Origin: Mytilus californianus
Taxonomy: Eukaryota
Length of the DNA: 64,000 nucleotides
NCBI RefSeq assembly: GCF_021869535.1
Contig: NW_026262734.1
Location: forward strand, 104,284,001 to 104,348,000
Reading direction: 5' to 3'
In this document: in pieces, positions 1-12,900 of the stretch
Layout of the letters: every line of letters begins with the position of its first letter
Position numbering within the stretch: the stretch's first letter is position 1
Position numbers and translations under genes: made by a program
Notes under the pieces: model-generated
Seen by the model: only the letters and a program-made list of their open reading frames with translations
What the model was told of the DNA's origin: nothing
Database searches by the model: none

Positions 1-1057
1 TGCATTGCTATACGACGTGTCTCGGTATTTTATACATCCAACATTCATGTATTTATTTTTGAAGTTTCTGTTGTGGTTTCGGTTGGATAATGTGTTATGT
101 CTTATCGGTTGTAGTCCACATAATTATAAAATAGCCTTTCAATACCGTCATTGTCATGATAATTGTTTGGACAGGTATTGTGAAAATAATTGTATGTAGT
201 TCAAGATTACATATTCGTTACATAAGTGCGTCACTGTTTGTGATGTCCTGTGCTGTCAGTCGTTGATGGGAGATGATTGTTGTTGTTCTGCAGTTTGCAT
301 GTTGTGTCGACTATTATATTATTTGTTTGTGCGTTTCTCTGTGATGAGTGTTCTTGCGTGTGTTTATGCTGTATTTCTGTCACGTAGTGTTGTCATTTTA
401 GCGATGTTTTTTTAACAATGCCATATAAGCGGGAGGTTTGGCTAGCCATAAAACCAGGTTCAACCCACCATTTTTTTTTAAATGTCATGTACCAAGTCAG
501 GAATATGGCAGTTGTTATCAAATAGTTCGTTTCTATGTATGTTAGCGTTTGTTTTTGTTGCACTCAGTGTTCCTGTTGTTCCTTTGTTTTCCTCCTATAG
601 TTGATGTGTTTCCCTCGGTTTTAGTTTGTAACCCGGATTTGTTTTCTCTCAATCGATTTATGACTTTTGAACAGCGGTATACTAATGTTCCCTTTATGCT
701 ACCTATCTGGGTTGAGATTTTCATTCAAAAAGACGCAATTGAGGAATATTCAGACATCTTAATGTTAGAGATAAGTAGAAAGCTGAAACAATTTGTTTGT
801 AACCTTCTGTATGGCTAATTTCTGATTTTATCTAATACGTTCTTTCTTTTTGTGTGAAATTACATAAGTCACTTCTTTTCAAATCCTTCGTTTTATTTTT
901 TAGTTGCTTGTTTCTGTCCTAATATCGATTGAATAATTGCTACTGGACTTCAGTAACCAATAATTCGGTGTTATGATTTAATGAAAGAAAATCACATCTT
1001 TTTTAGATGAAATAACAAACAAAAACTCATTAAAGATTCTAGGCTTTTAATTTTGTA

Positions 1058-1100
1058 AGCCAGACTCGCGTTTCATCTACAAAAGACTCACCAATGACGC
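1058..1100 (-). ncRNA. Degenerate hammerhead motif, second copy of the same repeat
   Basis: gcgtca-TTGGTGA-GTCTTTTGTAGAT-GAAAC-GCGA-GTC-TGGC; core mutated. Confidence 0.5.
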
Positions 1101-2419
1101 TCGAGAAAAAAAAAAAAGTTAAAAGGCCAAATAAAATACGAAATTGAAGAGCATGTAGAAATAAAATGTGTCAAGAGTATTAATTAGAGACAAGGCAACA
1201 GTAGTTTGCTGATGTTGAATCTAATTTATCCATTTGGAATATACAAATGAAGGTAAAACCAAAAACTGAAGGAATCGAATGAACACCAAAGGAGTGAGTC
1301 CGAGTGCGTCTACAATGTAAGCGTCTTTAACATACAATGCCTACCATACGTTTCCACCAGTTTTAATCCACCATTTTCTACATAAAAAAATGCCTGTACA
1401 AAGTAAGAAATATCACAGTTGTTATCCATTCGTTTGATGTGTTTGAGCTTTTGATTTTGCCATTTAATAAGGGACTTTCCGTTAAGAATTTTCCTTGGAG
1501 TTCGGTATTTTTGTTATTTTACTTTTTTCCACACTAAGGCAAACTGTCAAGATCGGGAAAGGATTGAACACACAAACAGACAAGACGACTATTATGGTAT
1601 CTAAAGATTAAAAAGTGACAACATGTCGCTGATTTATTCAGACATAGAAAAGTTCCCTTTAAACTCTTATGAACAATATATATATAAAACAATAAACGTC
1701 TATTAAGTAAATTAATATAATACCATTTCAACAGTAATTAAGATAACATAATTGACGTGGTTATAATACATGTTTTGAAACATATTGAGAATACTTTTTT
1801 TGAGTCGGGTTGTTAAGATTCTGATAAAATTTTTATTAGATTACAATTTTATAATCCAATTGCTTCGATTTTTATTTGTCGATTTATTCTTTTAAACGAA
1901 TTTAACAGATCATGCATGTATTACATAAATATATCATTTGTACTTTATTTGTAAATGTAAAATAATTATGTATTATTATTAATGTTTAACAGTCGGGTAA
2001 CTGTATGAGTTTTCACACTTTAAAATTAATCATTTATATCCCATGTTGCACTTTCTAATGAATATTTTAAATTCCTTATTAAAAGAGTATGAAATAATAA
2101 TTAGCGAGATATCTATGAATCTAGTCCAAGGAACAAGGGTGTGAGCAAAGACGGGTCATCGCATGCCTTCAACAACAAATAAAAAAATAAAGGAGAATAT
2201 CTCTGAGGACACGAATGCCCCCGCTAAAGCTCGCTTATATGTGATAATACTTTTGGGACAAACAGAAAGACGAATGGAAGAATGGACGGAAGGACGGATC
2301 GTCTAGGGTAAAACCTAAGGATTACCTTAGACTTGTTTGGCCAAATGTTTAGGAATTGTGGGTCCTCAATGCTCTTCAACTTCGTACTTTATTTAGCCTT
2401 TTTAACTTTGTTGATTCGA

Positions 2420-2463
2420 ATGGCACTGATGAGTCTTTTGTAGACGAATCGCGCGTCTGGCGT
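2420..2463 (+). ncRNA. Degenerate minimal type-I hammerhead ribozyme motif within a dispersed repeat
   Basis: CTGATGA-GTC-TTTTGTA-GAC-GAAT(C)-GCGC-GTC-TGGCGT; the conserved GAAA is mutated to GAAT. Confidence 0.65.
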
Positions 2464-4611
2464 ACAGAATTTTAATCCTTGTACATGTACCTATGATGGG
2501 TTTAATTATTACCCCCTTTGCCTAGCGGCCTGGTGGTAACAAATACTGTTGTTTAATAAATATAATTTATGAATGGCTCCTGAAGGCCTGTTTGAATTAA
2601 AACTAGATTCTGTATCTTGATTAATACAACATTTTGTTGTAGGTCTTATGCAATCAAAGTGATGGAAATCACTAATGGAAAGATTGGAAGAGTAGTTTGA
2701 ATAATTTCAAATCATATTTAGGTATGATGTGGACAAAAAAGAACATTAATAAAGCACTATTGCTGAAAATTGCATTAACTGTAGGTCTTTAGACGGATAG
2801 GCACTTTTTCAGTAGATGAAATGAGCTAAATGTGAATCAAGTTGAATGATTAATTTGCACAACAATTTCAATTTAAATTGCAGTTTATATCTCAACCAAA
2901 TAATGTTCCCTGTTACATGTTTCACCTTATAATTTTATCTTTTGAAACAAATGAAATTACAAAACAAAGATTCATCTAATAAAGTTTATCAATTATACTT
3001 GTAAGACATAGGACCAACAGATAAACTTGAAGCTAAGAACTTTTTTGTGTCAAAAAGTTAATCTAAAAATGTTGTTTTTTGGCATTTTGTAAGTTGAAAC
3101 ATAGGTATACTATTTTTCTCCTCGGAGAATTGCTTATTGATTTTGAAAACAATTATCATGATCATATGACACTGAAGATTAAAAGTTGTAGAGTGTATTT
3201 TAATCAATTTATGATTTAGATATTTTTCAGGAAAGGGCATTGAAAATGTACTTTTTCAACATAAACAAATTAAAAAACTTTTTTGATTGAAATGGGGATT
3301 CTTTCTTGATTGCAAAAGTATATATACACTTCTTATATTCAAATGACTAAAATTGTTAACAGACATTTGATGGGGAATAAGTTAAAGAAATATGGGTTTG
3401 CTCTAATTAAGAGTTTTAAAATTTTACTAACTGTTTCAAGCCAATCACTGATTATTATTGATTAATCACAGATGATTATTGCAGATTTATCAAGTAAATC
3501 ATAGGCCTTACTTGAATACCTTTTATATATCTATATTTAAATTTCATTTTTTTTAAGATCTTATTAATCCTTAATTAATCATTTATCTTTCAGACATAAT
3601 TTACAGAATCACCTTATGTAGTGTAGATCAAAAGTAATAGACAATGAATAAATCTATCATCTCTATATATCAAATATCTAATATATACATTTGTGCATTC
3701 AATTATGAGGTCAAATATTTGTGTATTGAGAGTGAATTGAGATGTATATTGAAGGGTCTGCATATGTACACAGACATTAGAATTATAGGGAACTATACTT
3801 TAGTGTGTATACATTTTTGTAGATTTAGTAGCTAACCTGTGCTACTTATTGTTAGAGAGGCCGGTGCTTTAGGAAAGATATAGAACAAGTTCCAATCTTT
3901 CCAAAAACTATGAAAGAAATAGGCGTGTCTGGAAAAATTTTTATTTGGTATATACCCAGGTCAAATGCTTGGGAAAGCCAAACACATAAAATGAATGAAA
4001 CCACGGAAACAAATAGGACCAAAACAAAACCCAATATCAATAATGATAAAATTAATAATAATTATAATTTTTCTGTAGTATTTGGTACCTAACAAAGAGA
4101 ACAACACTCATAGTAGTAAAAGACGTACAGTTTTTACCAAACCGGATATAGATATGAGTTATGCCGCTTTACCCGACGAATATCACTGTAAACCACTTAA
4201 ACTGACGAAAAAGGTAAAATAATCCCCCACCCAACCCAAACATTTCTTAGCAAAATGTATAGGACTGTTTGAATATTTTACAAAATTTATCCTGAACAGT
4301 GCTTCTCTTTGTGAGCTACATAGGAAAGCACACCTAAATCGGAAAAGAATTATAAAAGGGATATTCAAACTCATAAGTCAAAGGAAAACTAACAACGCCA
4401 TGGCAAAGAAAAACCGTTACATTACGAAAAGACAACCAACAGTGTACAAAATACGGCATAGGAGACTGAGCGCCACGAACACAACCGAAATCCGAATTAC
4501 AGGCCCACATGGAGCACCCGTCGTGTTGCGCATGGAAGTACGAATTCGATAATCACGTCTAATTCTGTGATGTTCTATACAGAATAATCCATCTGTTTCA
4601 TTTACATAAAA

Positions 4612-5366
4612 TAAACTAGAGGCTCTAAGGAGCCTGTGTCGCTCACCTAGGTTATGTGCATAATCAACAATGGACTCTCTCCAACATTGCAGACAAGAAT
4701 AGAATTCATGACCAAAATTTGTTTTTTTCTTGTATTGCTGATCATTTTTTCTGTTTAATGTCTTTCTATCTTCTTATGTTTTTGCTCAAAACAAAACAAG
4801 AGGATAAAGAAAATCCTCATTTAAGGGCAATCACTTCAATGAAGAGTGACAGTCTAGTAACTATATCGGCAAATTTTTACTTGTTTGTTGGTGTTGCCTT
4901 GCTTATCATTTTTGTTATTTAAAGTTTCTGTTTATCTACATGTATTAAAATTTTTATCATACAAGGCAAAACGCATAAAAAATGGTAAAAATCGCCATTA
5001 AATAGCATTAACTCCAATAAGGAGTCGTCGGAAAATTTTCTTTCTATTGTCTTAAATGTAGATCTTGTCAAGCTGATCATGCTTTCTTGTTTAAGTTTCT
5101 ATCTATCTATTATCATGTCAATATAGTTTTTAAGATATGAGGCAAAAACGCAAAAAAATGGTAAAAATCGTCATCAAAGGGCAATAACTCTAATTTGAAG
5201 TCACTGACGATTTGGACGATACATACTTATTTGTAGATCTTGTCTTGCTGATTTTTTTTTGCATCAAAAAGTTTCTCTCTATCTGTTTTAGTTTTCAAGA
5301 TAAAAGGCAAAAGTGAAAAACATTGTAAAATTTGTCATGTAAGGGCAATACCTCCTGTAAAAAGTC
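4612..5366 (+). mobile_element. Helentron-associated-like element with degenerate tandem units
   Basis: Starts aaaactagaggctctaaggagcc (palindrome); repeated tgtagatcttgtc...aagggcaataactc units. Confidence 0.55.
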
Positions 5367-6667
5367 GTTTGACGGGTTCGTAATGTGCAGAGAGCGTGGC
5401 ACTCTCTTTAAACGAGGCATCGGATTCAACGTCCCCATTCTGACCGGACGTTGCTGCACACTTTTACATCCCGCACAACCAAACGAACACCCCACTTTGG
5501 CAATGGTTTTACTGCCGGTCGAAAGAAGACCAAGACTGACCACATTTCTGTTCCCCGGTCAACCTATGGGGTTCAACCAAAGAATTACACAGCATGGATG
5601 TTAACAAGTTTATGTTAGCGTACGGCCTTACATAATTAGCAAAACCAATTAGTAAGCACCATAGTATGTGAAATCAGTTTGAGTGCTACAAATCATTAAA
5701 GTATAAACCAAAAAAATAATATTTTGAACTGCGTTATTTATTGTGAAGAGTGTCGATGCCTATTCTAACTCGATATGTTTTGATAAGAAATTGTTAATTT
5801 ATTTTTAAGAATTCATTGCTGTTTTTTATATTTTTTTTTCGTTCATTGTTTTGTACATGGATCAGGCCATTAAATATCTCGTGTGAATTGTTTTACACTT
5901 TCGGGGCCTTATATAGTTAAAATATTCGGTATGGGTTTTGCTCATTCTTGAAGTCCGTACGGTGACATATAGTTGCATTGTTCTACGTCGTTTGGTCTCT
6001 GGTGGAGAGTTGTCTCATCGGCAATCATACATGAACCACATCGTCCTATTTATATAATGATAGTAATTTGCAGGTAATGAAATAAATACGTAGGTCTTAA
6101 TAGCAACTGGTTAGCTCTTCTATATATCATTCTAAGCATTACAATTTCAACACCAAAGGACTTGGTCTTGTCACGTGTTTAAAATTTGTAACTCAGAAAG
6201 ATGGACTTGAATAGCACATGAATCACAAAACAGATCTTAACCAGAGAAACCTATTTGGCACTTTGTTTGATGATCAAGAAAAGCATGACGAAACAGTTAT
6301 AAAAAGATATAATAGCAATTTAAAAAGATTTGCAAATTGAAATATCAATAGTTGCCACGCATATGACGTTTTTGGGAATGTAATAAGATTTCAATTTTCA
6401 ATTTTCGTACAAAAATAACTGTATTAAAATAAGTTTGTTAGTGTCGTTAGGTCGTTCGCTTATTAACGTGTACTCTTAATTTCCATTTAATATAACCAAC
6501 GAATTTTTAAATTGGTATACTAAACATTCATTACCATGAAAACCATGTTTAAAAGTAGGATTCTAATTTACCTTGTCTGCATATATTTTTTTTCTCATTG
6601 GAAATTAATTTTCAAAATTATAACACCGGTAAAAGTCTACAATCGTTTTTAATCCTTTATTTATTTT

Positions 6668-6936
6668 TCAAGGTTCATGCCCTAGAGGATATTCACAGAT
6701 TGCAGGCGCATGAATTGTACAGCTTCTGCGGTCCCAGTAATATCCGTTATCCGAGTCCCCGGATTCAGCCTTTCCAATGCTAGCGCAATGTTCGCCATCA
6801 GGTTTGGTTTGATCATGTGATCCAGGTCTCCAATGAGAGTACGTTTGTCTCCGTAATATATCACCTGTGCTCCTCCAGTGCCATGGGCCGCTGAAACTTG
6901 ACGAGTTCCTATAAGCATCTAGCCAGTAACGATTAG
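6668..6936 (-). CDS. Gene B terminal exon: CTL part 3 (NRYWLDAYR...WRPGSHDQTKPDGEHCASIG...YWDRRSCTIHAPAICEYPLGHEP*)
   Basis: ORF 6668-6949; ttccag acceptor; AATAAA directly after the stop codon; 269 nt, as in the paralog. Confidence 0.92.
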
Positions 6937-9900
6937 CTGGAAGATACAAATTTATAGGTATGAATTAAAGACGATGCGGTGTACACATCAATGAGACAGC
7001 AAACTAATGACACTTATAGCCAAAAGGATATCTAGAAGTCAGAATAGTCTTCAACGATACACGTGTGTCTAATATGCCGAACCCTAAATGGTCATTAGTC
7101 TAAAAAGTTGTGAGTGAATTAAGCAAAAACGTACAAAAGTTATACCATGAATACGAAGATATCCTTCCAACTGACGAAACAATAAAAAAATGAAATAAGA
7201 TAAGCAATGACGACAGTCCTAAGTATATGCATGAAATGATTGATATTAATTAATCAAAAAAACCTAAATAAAGTTGAAAATACAATAATGTGAAGTGCTA
7301 AAGGCACTGAATTTCTCAAAAAAGACATGAACCATGATTGTGAATTTATTTTACTTGTTTAATTCATGACTAACAATTTCATAATCGCAAAAAAAAACAT
7401 AAATTTCAGCTATATTTCACCATGAAATGTTTGAATCAAGTCTTTCTTTCTTCACAATGACCCAAAAAAATGGATTACATCATATTCACATTTAGATATA
7501 GGGTACGTTTGGTGAAAATGTCAATCTGCCTGATGTTGTTATGATATCCAAGGGACAACATTTAAAGTTATATATATACTACATGGGGGATCTATTTACA
7601 TTTTTGGGTTTTTTAAAAGAGATTAATGATTGTTCATGTCAATCTTATTAAAATACAGATACTGTGTCCACGCTTCTCCACGCTTCGATTATAAAGATCT
7701 GTCTACAGTCCGTTCTAGTTTCTGTTTATAATACACCCCTTGGGATCTTCTTGTTTTGTCTTTTTATTACACCCTTTTGGGATCCTCTTATTTTGTCTTT
7801 ATAATACACCCTTTATGGATCCTCTTGTTTTGTCTTTATAATACACCCTTTTTGGATCCTCTTATTTCGTCTTTGTAATACACCCTTTATGGATCCTCTT
7901 GTTTTGTCTTTATAATACACCCTTTTTTGGATCCTCTTATTTCGTCTTTGTAATACACCCTTTATGGATCCTCTTGTTTTGTCTTTATAATACACCCTTT
8001 TAGGATCCTCTTGTTTTGTCTTTATAATAGTCTTTAAAATACACGTTTTGGGATCCTCTTGTTTTGTCTTTATAATACACCCTTATGGGATCCTCTTGTT
8101 TTGTCTTTATAATACACCCTTTTGGGATCCTCTTGTTTTGTCTTTATAATACACCTTTTGAGATCCTCTTGTTTTGTCTTTATAATACACCCTTTTGGGA
8201 GTCTCTTGTTTTGTCTTTATAATACACCTTTTTGGGAGTCTCTTGTTTTGTCTTTATCATACACCCTTTTGGGAACCTCTTGTTTTGTCTTTATGATACA
8301 CACCTTAAGGAATCTTAAGGTTGAAAGTTCATTTGCTGATGTAAAAATTACCAGAACAGAAGTTAGCATTGAGTGCTGTCAGATCCTTGTAAGCGATGCA
8401 TGGACACTATACATTCTTACTATATATTCTTTTGATAAAGGAAACAATTAGAATTCATCCAAATCTGACCTTATTTTATAAAAATAATAATAGTGCTGAA
8501 CAGTTTATTACCCTGATGTCGCTGTTGACTTAAGAGTTGGGATATTGCCAAATTTTCCCTTTTGCTGCTAATAATAACGAGTCTCGTACAAAAATATTTA
8601 CACACATTCTAAAAAAAAAATGAAATACAGCAATCATAACTCCAGAATTTTACATGGTGACATAGCGTTGGTGACACCTGTTGTTTTTTATTCACATGTT
8701 TCAACAGGAAAACATAATGAAATTATCTTTGATGGAACATGTAATTGCATATTACAAAGGAGTTTATGCCTATAAACTATGGCTGCATTCCGTCTACCAA
8801 ACTATTTTTTAGACGATGTTCAGTGTCGAATATTTCGAGTTGTTATACATGCTACATGGCTTGGCGTCTCGGGCGTAATTAATGAAGGTTTTCGGGAAAT
8901 ACCTGTCATACTTGATCCGTGTAAACTCATCGAACCTTTAAACAAACTTATTAATAAAGGTTATCTTATCAATATTGTAATTAGATCTTTGAATATTGTT
9001 TATATTGGCACAAATATCGATTTTGTTATCAACAAATTAAAATATAACTAAATTTGTATTCTTTTCAAATGTTTTTTGGGATGTATAAATACACATCCAC
9101 GAAATTACTTTATCTATATATAACATTATACATATTTATTAAAAGGTTAAATCCTAACTATCCTACTGCCTGTCGATACTTTTATCTTTGGCATTGCACA
9201 AGTCAATGTTTTTTTGACTGTCCATGACGTTAAAACACTAAATCCCTCGGATGTGTTTTAGATGAGTTTAGTCTCTAATGAATTCTTTTTTTTTTTTTTT
9301 GGTTATTAATTGTTTTTGGCTTTTAACTAGCTTTCAGTAACTGCGAGTACTCTCAAATCGTACTTTCGTGTTAATTTGACCTGTTGATACAATTTGTAAT
9401 GCATTTTTGTTATTTAATGTTTACTTATTTTGTGTTATATCTCGTCTCACTATTTTTAATATATACCCCCTTTGATAAGTATTTAGTACAACGATAAATT
9501 TTCACTTCTGTTCACGTTCTATGAACAACAAATTTATTTATTTCGTAAAAAATATTTCCGTACTCCATGTACTGCATACAACAAAATTATTTGTATTTAC
9601 CTGTGTACGTTATTTTATTAAACGGCATTTTGTCCAAGGTTATAGTTGTCTTTCTTATATTGTTTTACATCTCATCCCTTTTTTTATTAATTTTGTATTT
9701 TACATTGTGTCATAGATGAAATTTATTCGTTCAGTGTATGTTGAATTGTTTTTGTGAATATGTCTTTTGATTGGGTTAAGCCATTTCAATTGATATTTTA
9801 TCGTGAGTCTTTCTGTGTTGTGATGTTACACTATTATTTCAGGTTAGGGTGAAGATTGGCGCCTGTTAAAACGTTTAAACCCGCTGCATTTGTTTGCGCC

Positions 9901-12900
9901 TGTCCTAAGTCAGGAACCTGTTGTTCAGTTGTTGTCGTTCGTTGATGTGGTTCATACGTGTTTCTCGTTTCTCGTTTTTTATATAGATTAGACCGTTGGT
10001 TTTCCTGTTTGAATGGTTTTACACTTATCATTTTTGGGGCCCTTTATAGCTTGCGGATCGGTGTGAGCCAAGGGTCTGTGTTGAAGGCCGTACTTTGACC
10101 CATAATGGTTTACTTTAATTTAAAAAATGTGACTTGTGTGGAGAGTTGTCTCAATGGCACTCATACCACATCTTCTTATTATATATAACATGTATAATTA
10201 GGGAACGCTGTGGGGTTCTTTTATTTTCATATTTTTACAGTGCAATGACTATTAAACTATTAAATCCAATTGATTTTGAAAGAAGACCAACCCTATAACA
10301 CATATTTTTAATTAAAAACCGACAAAACATCATATGATAATCGTCCGTGCTATTTTGTTTAATTGTAAAATAATCCCTGATAAAATTAACTTGGATTTGA
10401 TTTTCATGACAAAAATGATTTTATATTTATAAATATTTTTTTGTTAACCTTCACCTTTCATCAATCTTCTCGGCTGTTTGGGAATCTCGAATTGATTTCA
10501 ATCATTAAAAAAACGCAAACATGGGTATATGTATCTTCAAATGAAATATGGCCAAATTAAAAGATTTGCCTATATATTTTTTTCATTATTTCTATCCTCA
10601 CTGATATTATTAATACAGTTTAATTTCTTGGACAGATATTTTACATGTGACTCAAATTATATAAGTAGTTTAATTTCGTTTATGCTTCGTTGATAAACTG
10701 TTTAGAAATATTCTTTAACAATGTACATGGTACTACTGACACTTATGATATAGTAAAAATACATACCCTTGCGTCATGCATTGTTCTTGCGTGTTGACCA
10801 AAGAAGTAGCAGCTTTGTCCTTTTCGGATAAATCTCAGTGGGCATTCATGTTCAAAACTAGGTTTACAACCTAAAACAATTTAATAAAAACAGGTGACGT
10901 GTTGTAGATCAAAATGAATGATGGTTATAACAAACAAAAAACGTATATCGATAAAGAGACGATCAGACTCACGTGATAAAGCAAAACAAATAAACAGAAG
11001 AAAACAAATATTACACAACTCAAATTACTCAACGAATCGAGGAGTGCAATTTTTACTGTAAAGTTTATCAGAATTGCAGATAAACTAAACAAACCCAAAT
11101 CCTAACAACGCATTATAACATAGCATTAAAATAAAATAGTGAACCTTAAGCAAAAGAAATAATAACCCCTTTAAAACAAAAAATGGATAAACTCATGTAT
11201 CCCGTAATAGTGAGCAGTTCCCGCTGCCTTAGTGGTATCCGCCTGTGTCATTTCAAGTGATAATTCGTCGATACATCGCATTCGGTAATGTCACAATCGA
11301 AATAAAAAGGAGGATATTGTAGCTCCATCACATGGAACATATTGTTAGTCATCAGATACGCAGAGACGTGTAATATCTTATCACAATTAACCTCAATTGA
11401 CTTTTAATCATGGAGAAAAACTGAAATATAACTTTTGCATTCAAAATAATGGACAGCAATGGAAATGTTCTTGTACATCAGACTGAATGGCTGTCCCGTT
11501 TACCTATATACGTCTATGATTCTATTATCTATACATATTATGACCAATTTGCAATCAGTTATATGTCAAAGAGATTGAAAAACAGGATATAAACTGTTTT
11601 TTATATGTGCATCCTCCGCCCAACCCATACGCATACCACCTCGCAGTCCACAGAAAACGTATGCTAAGTACTTCAGGATGGTCATTTGTTTTTTTTTAAA
11701 TTAGATATAACTTCTCATTCTATATATTGTGACATACATTTACACATTGGCATTTTCTTTTTCAAATCAAACCATTTCAGAATATGTTCATACATATTTA
11801 AGTATCAGAGTACTAAAATAAAAACTTTACATGACTTTTTGTATGTTAATCAACATTGTGTACATCATTTATATCCTTTTTTTATGATTAAAACATTCCA
11901 AAAAATTGATATAACCAGATCCACAGTTCATGTTTCTGATACATGTTGTAACTCTGCTTTGAAAAATTTAAGAGACTTATAAATTTCCAACAAAAAGATA
12001 ATTACCTTCTTGAGATACAATGTAGATGTACCTTATGTACCTTTTGTAAAAAAATCTAAAAGAAACACCTAGACTAGAATTGTCACTTATTAAAACATGG
12101 AGACCTTCAAAATACTGAGCTTGGTGAAAAATGTTTTCTGAGTTTATTATTTAGCTCAAGATTATATATTCTTACGCAAACTTGTCGTAACTACAAGCCC
12201 GTCTCCTTTTCCCCGAATGTGACTTACCAAATTAGACTTATCACCAGGTTTGTACTTACACGAGTAACACGACGGTATCCACATGTGGAGCAGGATCGGC
12301 TTACACTTCCGGAGCACCGGAGATCACCTCCGGTTTTTGGCGCGGTTCGTGTTACTCAGTCTTTGGTTTTCTATGTTTTGTTTTGTGTACTGTGGTTTGT
12401 CTGTTTGTCTTTTTTTTCTTTTTTTTTCCAATGGCGTTGTCAGTTTATTTTCGACTTATGAGTTTGAATGTCCCTTGTGTATCTTTCGCCTCTCTCTTGG
12501 TATGGATAATGAGATGATAGTTTTAGCTTGCTCAAACTTTTTTTTAATATCAGAAATCAAAACAGTATATAGTTCAACAAATTCTGGTAGCGCTTTTCCG
12601 ATGAGACTAGAAGTACAAATGATGGTTTTCCTCATTTGACCAGCATAGATCACATTTCATAAGTTTATTTTTCAATAAACAGTTCATAATATGTCTCTTC
12701 ACTGATTTGAGGTAACTTAGTTAAAGCGAAATATAATTTTGGGTCTCCTGTAATGAATATAGACTTACCAATAATTGTTCTTTTTTTTTTAAATCTATTT
12801 GTAAGTTTAAATTGTCGAGTTTTGTACACATTGATATCATAAAATATCAGCATTGAAAACCAATAATTTCGGAAACTGTGCAAAAACGGTTAATAATACC

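Noticed and set aside
2560-4090. Scattered exon-like AG/GT segments on the plus strand
   Set aside because: Could not be chained into a frame or assigned to a family; possibly a decayed transposon gene.
7720-8300. Possible CRISPR-like array
   Set aside because: Direct tandem units with no unique spacers, no cas genes, eukaryotic intron.
8352-8406. Possible Cys-containing exon (CPCIAYKDLTALNANFCS)
   Set aside because: Not needed for the CTL frame, has no counterpart in gene A, and has a weak acceptor.
11680-12890. Possible LINE RT remnant interrupted by a short repeat
   Set aside because: No diagnostic RT or endonuclease motif could be recovered by hand.
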